Below, one piece after another: positions 1 to 8,333 of a stretch of 32,000 nucleotides of DNA. Within the stretch, counting starts at the first letter, position 1, and each line of letters starts with the position of its first letter. Both the position numbers and the translations under genes were made by a program. Source of the DNA: Microcystis aeruginosa NIES-2549 (GTDB lineage: Bacteria > Cyanobacteriota > Cyanobacteriia > Cyanobacteriales > Microcystaceae); the NCBI RefSeq assembly GCF_000981785.2, contig NZ_CP011304.1, positions 2,370,001 to 2,402,000 of the forward strand, given 5' to 3'. The notes under the pieces were generated by a model that was given only the letters and a program-made list of their open reading frames with translations, ran no database searches and was not told the DNA's origin.

Positions 1-10
1 GCAGGACTAC

Positions 11-784
11 TTAAAAATTATCTTTTTTCCCCCGCAGCCGTGCAAACACTTGTATTGGTTCGCTGCTATCCATGGTCATGGCCAAAGCGGGACTATCCCA
101 ACGCAAAAAAGGATTAGTCAGCTTTTCCGTCCCCAAAATTGCCGGAATCGTGGGAATATCTTCAGCGCGATGTTTTTCCACTTCCCGATAACGCTGCTGC
201 AAAGCAGCATTATTAGGGTCAACTGTCAAGGCAAACTTTAAATTATTTAACGTATATTCGTGAGCGCACCAAACCCTAGTCTGGTCAGGCAGCGATCGCA
301 ATTTAGTTAAAGAAGCCACCATTTGGCCCGGTGTTCCCTCAAATAAACGACCACAACCCCCCGAAAACAGGGTATCACCACAGAATAACTCGCCGTAATC
401 TCCGGGGTTAACCGGGGGAAAATAATAGGCAATATGAGCGCGAGTGTGGCCGGGGACAAAGAAAACCTCGGCCCGGCGACCGGCAAATTCCACCCGGTCC
501 CCCTCCTCTAAAAACAGCTGCTGGCCCGGAATGCGACCGCGATCCTCCTTTCCCCCATAAACACAAAGATGGGGATAACGATTAATTAAAGCCTGATTAG
601 CCCCCACATGGTCGCCGTGGTGATGGGTATTAAAAATAGCGACTAAATCCACCTGTAAAGCCTCTAATCGCCTGAAAACGGGTTCAGGTTCCGCCGGATC
701 CACCACGGCCGCGATTTTTTGTGCCGGATCGTAGAGGAGGAAAATATAATTATCGGAAAGGGCGTTAAGACGTTCGATCTCCAT
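11..784 (-). CDS. gloB: hydroxyacylglutathione hydrolase (glyoxalase II), metallo-beta-lactamase fold
   Basis: 257-aa ORF with the THHHGDH metal-binding motif. Further ligand-bearing segments ([20 protein letters not shown]) follow in the order typical of glyoxalase II. Confidence 0.9.
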   Translation of the reverse strand: MEIERLNALSDNYIFLLYDPAQKIAAVVDPAEPEPVFRRLEALQVDLVAIFNTHHHGDHVGANQALINRYPHLCVYGGKEDRGRIPGQQLFLEEGDRVEFAGRRAEVFFVPGHTRAHIAYYFPPVNPGDYGELFCGDTLFSGGCGRLFEGTPGQMVASLTKLRSLPDQTRVWCAHEYTLNNLKFALTVDPNNAALQQRYREVEKHRAEDIPTIPAILGTEKLTNPFLRWDSPALAMTMDSSEPIQVFARLRGKKDNF

Positions 785-947
785 GGTAGAATTTTGGGCT
801 AAGGTTTAACTCGATCATACCTATAGCAGCATCTTTGAGAAATCAGGCTAGAAACCTCAACCACTGGGACAAAATCTTAAATATGGCCGATGTAGAATAA
901 TAACTATAATAAAAGTGTCATAAAAAAGCAGTGAATTTATAGTAGTT

Positions 948-1505
948 ATGACGATCAAATTTCGGTTTCATCCAGAGAAAGCAGTTGAAGCCGCTGCTAT
1001 ACTCTTAAAGCTGCACGGCAAACCGATGAAGTATTTAGGGTTGCTGAAAATGCTCTATATAGCTGACCGTCTTGCTTTAAAAACCATGGATCAACCAATT
1101 ACTGGGGATAGATATGTATCAATGGATTATGGACCGGTTCTCAGGGGTGTTTATGATTTGATTAAAGGACAGCCCGTGGACTCTGCTTTACCCCTGTGGT
1201 CGAAATATATTTCTCCCCGGGATTCTAATTATGTTGACCTGCTGCAATATCCCGGCAATGAAGAACTCTGTGAAGAAGAAGAAATGATTCTTAAACAGGT
1301 TTACAAGACTTTTGGCCATCTCAATCCCTTTCTTGTAGCCGAATGGACTCACGATTTACCAGAATGGAAGGATCCCCATGGTTCGGCTATTCCAATTTTA
1401 GTGGAGGATGTTTTGCGATCTATGGGTAAAACGGAGGAGGAAATCGAAGATATTAGCCAAGAAGCCCAGCGAGAAGCCTATTTAGATGGAGCTTTACATG
1501 GCTAG
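948..1505 (+). CDS. Panacea / DUF4065 (SocA/GepA-like) antitoxin-type protein
   Basis: 185-aa ORF. The core LGLLKMLYIADRLALKTMDQPITGDRYVSMDYGPVLRGVYDLIKG matches my memory of the DUF4065 pattern (LxKLLYxAD...G.PI.GD.Y.A...GPV...VYD). It has an acidic C-terminal tail, and its stop overlaps the next ORF. Confidence 0.7.
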   Translation: MTIKFRFHPEKAVEAAAILLKLHGKPMKYLGLLKMLYIADRLALKTMDQPITGDRYVSMDYGPVLRGVYDLIKGQPVDSALPLWSKYISPRDSNYVDLLQYPGNEELCEEEEMILKQVYKTFGHLNPFLVAEWTHDLPEWKDPHGSAIPILVEDVLRSMGKTEEEIEDISQEAQREAYLDGALHG

Positions 1506-1887
1506 TCTGGTAGTCAAGCTGGGGGATGCCTTTTTAATCGATACACCCCCTAATAAGCAACATCTCTATATTGCGATCGCAAAGACTTCTGAAAATAGAT
1601 ATTTATTTGTCAATGTTACAACTCGAAGAAGCAGTTCGGAAGCTACTTGTGTGCTTTTGCCCGGCCTTGGTGTCCCGAATTTTATCGTCTGTGAATCCGT
1701 GATTGCCTATCAATTTGCCCGGGAGATGGATGCCACGGAATTAGCCAGTTTAATCACTGCGGGTAGTCCGATTCCAAAAGGCTCCTGTTCAGCCACAATT
1801 CTCGCACAGATTCAGCAAGGTGGTCTAGTTTCTCGACGACTGAAAAACAAGTACAAAATTGCTCTTAGAGCTTTCTTAGATACATAG
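1498..1887 (+). CDS. hypothetical protein; candidate toxin partner of the Panacea-domain gene
   Basis: ATG at 1498 overlaps the upstream stop (ATGGCTAG, 8-nt overlap). GGAG at 1488-1491 lies 6 nt upstream. An alternative ATG at 1486 would give the 133-aa form. I do not recognise a family. Confidence 0.6.
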   Translation: MASLVVKLGDAFLIDTPPNKQHLYIAIAKTSENRYLFVNVTTRRSSSEATCVLLPGLGVPNFIVCESVIAYQFAREMDATELASLITAGSPIPKGSCSATILAQIQQGGLVSRRLKNKYKIALRAFLDT

Positions 1888-1922
1888 CTTCAGCCGTTTT
1901 CTGGTTAACAAGTTTTTGTCCC

Positions 1923-3773
1923 CTAACTCCCCGCAGGACAGGAATCGGCGAAAATTACGCAGGGAATCCCCACATGACTAACGGGAACAATATAGGGTTC
2001 TGTGGGGGGAAATAAAGCGACAACGTGGGGAACGGGACGGGGAGTATAATGCACTTGCGACTGGCCCCGATAAGCGAGGGAGGTGCTTGCTCCTGAATCC
2101 AACATCACCGCCTCCCGAAAGCCTGCCTGTACTAATAATTCTCCCAAAGCCATGGAATCGATCGGCTCTCGGGAAACCCCGATTACTGGCTGTCCTGCCT
2201 GATTAATCCCCCAAAAAGCCCGGTGACGCAGGGCATCAAAACCGTAAAGTGTACCAAAGGATTCTCGGGATTGTGGTTGTCCATCTTTGACTAACCAAGC
2301 GGCCGCGACAAAAGCATCCGTCACCTTGAGATCATCTCCAGCCTCCGCTGCGATTCCTTCTAGGGTATTATGACGGGCAGGATCAAAAGGAAGATAACGC
2401 ACCCATTGATCAGTAATGATTACTAAAGGACGACCCTCTAACTTGCCGATTTCCCCTTCATATCCCGGGATAAAGCCGCCATTTTCGCTTAAAACCGGCC
2501 CGATCATCTGATTTGAGTCCAATTCCTTGAGAGAGAAAAAACCGCCATCTACAGCCGCGATCGCTTCTGTGCCAGCGATAATTTCCTCCACTTGATAACG
2601 ACTATCAGCGTGAATAGTTTTGGGAATCCCGCCACTAATCAGAACAAGTGTATTAGTTGGGAATTCCACTTCCCGTTTTTGGATGGTGGTGGCAAAGTTA
2701 AAACCGCCATCGGTACGGGGTAAGGGATCACCTCCCCAAGCTTGCGGGACAACTTCCCTAGTGCGCGATTGCCCAAAGCGTCCAATCGTGAGTAAATCGG
2801 GGGATTGGCCAGCAAAATGCTCATCGAGGTCATTCATCGATAAAGCCGCCCGATAACCCGCTTTTTTGACGAATTCCTTCACTCGATCGTCCGCCTTCCC
2901 TTCCGGATAGGTAAAATAATTAATCGGAATACCCAATTCTTTTTCTAAGATTTGTTTCGATTGCTTGACTTCTTGCTCCAAATCTGCATCGGACAATAAC
3001 CTTAAATCCCGGGGATGACTAACACTATGGGAGACAATCTGTACTAGAGGATCGGCGGCCATTTCCTGGAGTTGTTGCCAAGTGACACTGGTTCGGCCGG
3101 TTTTTTGAGTCATTTTATTGATATAAATCGAGAAAACGGCGGGATAGTTATATTTTCTCAATAAAGGATAGACATACTGGTAATGTCCCCCATAACCATC
3201 ATCAAAAGTCAATAAAACCGGTTTAGCGGGAAGGGGGATACCTGTCCGCAGATGGGAAATTAACCAATCGATACTGATCGGAGTTGCCCCGATTTCCTGC
3301 AAAAATTGAAAATGTGCCTCTAATTCGCCTGGGGTAACGTCAAAAAATACCTCTTTTTCTGGTAAAATGTCGTGATACATTAAAATCGGTACTTTAGTTC
3401 CTTGAGCGCGGGGATGAATTTCCGGCCAGGGGGCTAATTCGATCGCTGTTGTCGAGTTATTTAGCCAATTATCGAGACTAATATCGTTTTTTTGGAGAGA
3501 TAGGGAAAAAATCACTCGATCTGATAAGTTTTTATAGGTTTTACAATCAAAAATTCTCGATATATCCTTAAAAGAACTATTTTCTCGGACATAATCCGCG
3601 CATTCCGGTTGAAACTCCCTAAAAGGTGCGGGGAGAGAATCACCCCCCACCAGAGCATTAGAACGAGGATAGAGAGAAATTGCCCAAATAATCAGACAAA
3701 CGACGATAAATGCCAAAAATCCGTATAGGGGAAGGAAAGAAAAGGAAGATTTTTGCCGAGCTTGCCAACGCAT
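1923..3773 (-). CDS. membrane-anchored polysaccharide deacetylase (NodB domain) fused to a phosphodiester glycosidase-like (DUF2233/NAGPA-like) domain
   Basis: 616-aa ORF. N-terminal hydrophobic segment FLPLYGFLAFIVVCLIIWAISL; NodB-type LLTFDDGYGGHY and HSVSHP; C-terminal AVDGGFF ... MLDSGASTSL reminiscent of DUF2233. Confidence 0.7.
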   Translation of the reverse strand: MRWQARQKSSFSFLPLYGFLAFIVVCLIIWAISLYPRSNALVGGDSLPAPFREFQPECADYVRENSSFKDISRIFDCKTYKNLSDRVIFSLSLQKNDISLDNWLNNSTTAIELAPWPEIHPRAQGTKVPILMYHDILPEKEVFFDVTPGELEAHFQFLQEIGATPISIDWLISHLRTGIPLPAKPVLLTFDDGYGGHYQYVYPLLRKYNYPAVFSIYINKMTQKTGRTSVTWQQLQEMAADPLVQIVSHSVSHPRDLRLLSDADLEQEVKQSKQILEKELGIPINYFTYPEGKADDRVKEFVKKAGYRAALSMNDLDEHFAGQSPDLLTIGRFGQSRTREVVPQAWGGDPLPRTDGGFNFATTIQKREVEFPTNTLVLISGGIPKTIHADSRYQVEEIIAGTEAIAAVDGGFFSLKELDSNQMIGPVLSENGGFIPGYEGEIGKLEGRPLVIITDQWVRYLPFDPARHNTLEGIAAEAGDDLKVTDAFVAAAWLVKDGQPQSRESFGTLYGFDALRHRAFWGINQAGQPVIGVSREPIDSMALGELLVQAGFREAVMLDSGASTSLAYRGQSQVHYTPRPVPHVVALFPPTEPYIVPVSHVGIPCVIFADSCPAGS

Positions 3774-3780
3774 AAGATCA

Positions 3781-3812
3781 AGTAATAAAGTAAAAAGTAA
3801 AAAGTAAAAAAG
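3781..3812. repeat. short heptamer tandem array (AAGTAAA-type)
   Basis: agtaataaagtaaaaagtaaaaagtaaaaaag has period 7. Confidence 0.7.
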
Positions 3813-3952
3813 CAGATAGGCCCTGAGTTACCGAAAAAACTGCCTTTTATCTAGATTTTTGGCTTTTGTTTTCTCGTCAGCAAAGCCCACTGATTACAAG
3901 CTGAGTTTCCCCATAATCCGCTCCCTTGTCAAGTTTTCTAGAACACCCTCAT

Positions 3953-4043
3953 CAGTTATCAGTTATCAGTTATCAGTGAGCAGTGAGCAGTGAGCAGTGA
4001 GCAGATTTGAGTTTTCAGTGGACAGTGGTAATCAGTGAGCAGT
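3953..4043. repeat. heptanucleotide tandem array: (CAGTTAT)3 (CAGTGAG)4, a junction box, then degenerate CAGTGGN copies
   Basis: Period-7 repeats read directly. Perfect copies span 3953-4001, the box CAGATTTGAGTTTT spans 4002-4015, and degenerate copies span 4016-4043. Confidence 0.9.
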
Positions 4044-4078
4044 TGTCAATAGACTACCTTTATTGATTCTCCTTATTT

Positions 4079-4146
4079 CCCCACACCCTACACCCCACAC
4101 CCTACACCCCACACCCCACACCCCACACCCCATCACCCCACACCCC
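4079..4146. repeat. heptanucleotide tandem array (CCCCACA/CCCTACA), about 9-10 copies
   Basis: Period-7 C-rich repeat on the + strand. The complement is (TGTGGGG)n. Confidence 0.9.
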
Positions 4147-4202
4147 TCCTATGTTCACGCGGACTAAGTTGGTAAAGCGTGACACAAAACTGCTAGAGTT
4201 AG

Positions 4203-5387
<1,185 letters not shown>

Positions 5388-5409
5388 TTTATTAGTAAAT
5401 GATAAGTCG

Positions 5410-5442
5410 AGGATGGGTTACTTGCCCATCCTTTCCTTTTTT
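5410..5442 (+). terminator. rho-independent terminator after sqdB
   Basis: 8-bp stem AGGATGGG/CCCATCCT with a 7-nt loop, followed by a T-rich tail (ttcctttttt). Confidence 0.6.
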
Positions 5443-5488
5443 CTAATGTATCGGAATCAAACTCGATCTTAATCGGCACTGATGAGAA

Positions 5489-5989
5489 TTATGGTCGTCC
5501 GCAATTGGGGAAATTAGGGCAACGTTCCCGCATTAACTGGGAAAATTCCGTTCTTTGAGCGGGAGTTAAGACTTGGCGAATTTCCAAAAAACTTTCAAAT
5601 TGCAGGTTACTCATTTCTTGGCGATTGCGAGAGATTTGCTGATGTTTAGCACGGATATCTCGATCGGAAGCATTATTCGATAATAAACTATTTAATTCTT
5701 GTTCGTTGTTTCTAATGGTTTCTCGCAACTTTTTGGTTTTTTCCTGATATTTCTGACGAATAGCGGCAATTTTCGACTTTTGGTCATCGCTAAGGTTTAA
5801 TTGTTCGATTAGTCTTTCTCGAGAATTATTCATCCCACGGGGACGACTCTCAGGACGCTGGGGAGAGCCAGTTTGAGCAGTGAATAGACGATCCTGGGGA
5901 TAGGATAGCACAGTGGCAGTTGGGACTAGGTTAGCCGCCAGAGTTAAAGCCATGGTCGTGCCGAGAATCGAGAGAGTAGAAAGGGACAT
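5489..5989 (-). CDS. periplasmic Spy/CpxP-like LTXXQ-motif protein
   Basis: 166-aa ORF with a signal-like N-terminus, a charged helical body and LTXXQ-like motifs (LSDDQ, LTPAQ). It is the last gene of the ECF sigma operon. Confidence 0.55.
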   Translation of the reverse strand: MSLSTLSILGTTMALTLAANLVPTATVLSYPQDRLFTAQTGSPQRPESRPRGMNNSRERLIEQLNLSDDQKSKIAAIRQKYQEKTKKLRETIRNNEQELNSLLSNNASDRDIRAKHQQISRNRQEMSNLQFESFLEIRQVLTPAQRTEFSQLMRERCPNFPNCGRP

Positions 5990-6009
5990 AATTGACCTCG
6001 ACCAAGAAA

Positions 6010-6384
6010 TTAAGGATTATAGGTAGAATAGGTGAGTTGAGGCTCGTTTAAGCTCATCCAAGGCGAACTATAAACGCTAGGAGCAGCCATCGGTGGAGCG
6101 ATGCTATGGTTCCAACTCTCCACTAAAAAAGCTTCTAACTCCTCATCGGAAATTTGGCCTAGTTGTGGATGAGGATGAGACCAACGATAGGAAGCAAAAA
6201 TCAGCGCCGATAAGGCAGTAATACCAGTTATCCACCCCAATAAAGGCAGCAATTTTGGGCAAGTTACCGGCCTTTCTCCCTTAATCATTTGCATTAACTG
6301 TTCTTCTTGATCTATCGGTCGAGGTGGCAGCGATGGACGATAGCGACGCAGAAAATTAACTACTTTCTCATCTTCCGGGGACAT
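6010..6384 (-). CDS. putative membrane-spanning anti-sigma factor
   Basis: 124-aa ORF. Its start overlaps the sigma-factor stop (TAATG on the minus strand). It has a single central TM segment, LLPLLGWITGITALSALIFASY. The call is positional. Confidence 0.5.
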   Translation of the reverse strand: MSPEDEKVVNFLRRYRPSLPPRPIDQEEQLMQMIKGERPVTCPKLLPLLGWITGITALSALIFASYRWSHPHPQLGQISDEELEAFLVESWNHSIAPPMAAPSVYSSPWMSLNEPQLTYSTYNP

Positions 6385-6977
6385 TAGAGAACTCCTTGTT
6401 TTTGCAAAAATTGACCCATGGTTTTACGCGCATAATGAAGACGTGATTTCACCGTACCGAGGGGAATTTCTAAGATTTGGGCGATTTCCTTTTGGGGTAA
6501 GTCCTCTAGATCGTGAAGGACAAGGACAGCGCGATGTTCTAAACTGAGAATTTCTAACCCTTGCTGGACCACCTCCTCATAATGCAATTGCATCAAATCA
6601 GGACTATCTTGGGGACGGGATTCACTATCAAGGGGGTTTTCCTCATCAGTGCTTTTGGCCATCCTCATTTGTCTTTTGGCTAATTGTCGCCGACCATCGA
6701 TCGCCACATTGCAAGTAATCCGATAAACCCAAGTGGAAAAGTATTCAGGTGAACGCAATTTCGGCAACCCGTGCCACACTCTTAAAAATACCTCTTGGAC
6801 AAAATCCTCTAGGAATTCCCTTCCACAGAGTTGATAGAGAGTAGAGCGGATTTTTGGTTGATAAAGACGGTAAAGGTGACGAAAAGCACCCCTATCACCC
6901 CTTTGACATTTCAAGATTAACTCTCGATCGCTCACACTTGTTTGCTTCTCGGTTATCACCTCGATCATTCCCCTCAC
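6384..6977 (-). CDS. ECF-type RNA polymerase sigma factor (sigma-70 family)
   Basis: 197-aa ORF. Region 2 (FVQEVFLRVWHGL ... STWVYRITCNVAID) and region 4 HTH (LPQKEIAQILEIPLGTVKSRLHYARK). Confidence 0.9.
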   Translation of the reverse strand: MRGMIEVITEKQTSVSDRELILKCQRGDRGAFRHLYRLYQPKIRSTLYQLCGREFLEDFVQEVFLRVWHGLPKLRSPEYFSTWVYRITCNVAIDGRRQLAKRQMRMAKSTDEENPLDSESRPQDSPDLMQLHYEEVVQQGLEILSLEHRAVLVLHDLEDLPQKEIAQILEIPLGTVKSRLHYARKTMGQFLQKQGVL

Positions 6978-7028
6978 CCCTAGCTACTTGTCCCTTTAGA
7001 CTAGGGGGTGTCAAGAATGGTTCATAAC

Positions 7029-7059
7029 CAGTGATCAGTTATCAGTGATCAGTTATCAG
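7029..7059. repeat. heptamer array (CAGTGAT/CAGTTAT) x4
   Basis: Alternating perfect heptamers read directly. Confidence 0.9.
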
Positions 7060-7068
7060 CTTTTTTCT

Positions 7069-7158
7069 CCCCACACCCCACACCCCACACCCCACACCCC
7101 ACACCCCACACCCCACACCCCACACCCCACACCCCACACCCCACACCCCACACCCCAC
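7069..7158. repeat. (CCCCACA)12 plus one partial copy; (TGTGGGG)n on the minus strand
   Basis: Twelve perfect 7-nt units from 7069 and a thirteenth unit with one changed base. The tract ends 5 nt from the stop codon of the GT4 gene and lies 91 nt upstream of the sigma-factor start. Confidence 0.95.
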
Positions 7159-7163
7159 TTCCA

Positions 7164-8333
7164 TCACCGAGGGAGTAATTGTTGATAGAAATCCAATTGT
7201 TTTTGAGCGAGGGCTTTATTAGTATAATTGGTCATTACTCTCTGATAACCCCTCTGGCCTAATTCTTGAGCGAAGCTGGGATTATCTAAGAGAGTTTGTA
7301 TCGATTTAGCCAGTGCATCCCCATCTTTTTCGGGAAAAATTAGACCTGTATCGGCAATAACAAAGGGAATTTCTCCCGAATCAGAACCAATAACAGGAAC
7401 CTGACAGGCCATGGCTTCAATTAAGACATGACCGAATTGTTCTTTCCAACCGACGGCCGTTAAGGTTTTGACCTGATAGGTGGTTTCTGACGGCAAAACT
7501 AAAGTGTTCATCAGGTTAAGATAATTAACTACTTGATCGTGGGGAACACTTTCCACTATCATCAAGCGCTCGCTTATTCCTGCGGCTGTAGCTTCGCTGA
7601 CTATTTTATCTTTCAGGATTCCCCGACCTAACAGTAATAATTTCCACTTACCTGTTAATTTAGCTACAGCTTTAATCAGCGTTAGAATGCCTTTCTCTTC
7701 CACAAAACGACCGATAAAACCAATCACAAATTCATCACTTTCAATACCTAAAGATCGAGCTAAATCGGGTTGCTTGCTGGGGGAAAAAAGAACTTCATCC
7801 ACGCCTAATTGTGGTAAAACGGTGTATTTACCCCTGTAACCCCGTTCTTTTAAAACATCTACCCCGTCCTGATTACCAGCGATTAAACCATCGGTATTTT
7901 TCAGGTTATAAGCTTCTAACCAAGAGATGGGAAATTTAGGAGTATAGGGAAGATTCCACCAAGTAAAAAATACATTTTTAGCCCTAATATTTAAGAGACG
8001 ATTCAGAGTAATAAATTGAGCATAAGCGAGAGATTTAGAACCCTGTTCCACTTGAATAATATCGGGTCTAATTTTTTTTAATAAAGGAATTATATCAGTG
8101 CCAAAAGTTAATAAAGCTTGGTTATTTTGGCTAAAATTAGAGATAGGAATAACTCGGAAATTGTCGGCTATTTTCGGTTGACTTTCAATGATTTTATTTT
8201 GGACTCCTCCCGGTTGCCAACGTTGGGGAACAACAATAGTAACTTCAATATTGGGATTTAATCTTGTCAGGGAGCGCAGTTTCTCACAGTTGAGATCAAC
8301 TATATATGTATGACTAGCGACTAAAATTCTCAT
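7164..8333 (-). CDS. glycosyltransferase, GT4 (GT-B fold) family
   Basis: 389-aa ORF. C-terminal GT1/GT4-type segment (FGHVLIEAMACQVPVIGSDSGEIPFVI). Its start overlaps the upstream GT2 stop (ATGA). Confidence 0.8.
   Translation of the reverse strand: MRILVASHTYIVDLNCEKLRSLTRLNPNIEVTIVVPQRWQPGGVQNKIIESQPKIADNFRVIPISNFSQNNQALLTFGTDIIPLLKKIRPDIIQVEQGSKSLAYAQFITLNRLLNIRAKNVFFTWWNLPYTPKFPISWLEAYNLKNTDGLIAGNQDGVDVLKERGYRGKYTVLPQLGVDEVLFSPSKQPDLARSLGIESDEFVIGFIGRFVEEKGILTLIKAVAKLTGKWKLLLLGRGILKDKIVSEATAAGISERLMIVESVPHDQVVNYLNLMNTLVLPSETTYQVKTLTAVGWKEQFGHVLIEAMACQVPVIGSDSGEIPFVIADTGLIFPEKDGDALAKSIQTLLDNPSFAQELGQRGYQRVMTNYTNKALAQKQLDFYQQLLPR

Noticed and set aside
50-241. 63-aa + strand ORF
   Set aside because: It lies entirely antisense within the well-supported gloB CDS. 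There is no motif and no RBS.
2620-2856. Two short ORFs (2620-2856 + and 2639-2833 -) inside the deacetylase gene
   Set aside because: They are embedded in a long ORF with clear domain signatures, and their composition looks like out-of-frame or antisense translation.
3953-4146. Possible CRISPR array, given the regular repeats
   Set aside because: The period is 7 nt with no unique spacers. These are microsatellite-like heptamer arrays, not 25-40-nt repeats with spacers, and no cas genes are present.
7069-7158. A telomere, or a linear-replicon end, suggested by the TGTGGGG repeats
   Set aside because: The tract is internal and flanked by ordinary genes on both sides. Similar shorter tracts recur in other spacers. 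It is interpreted as an STRR-type array.
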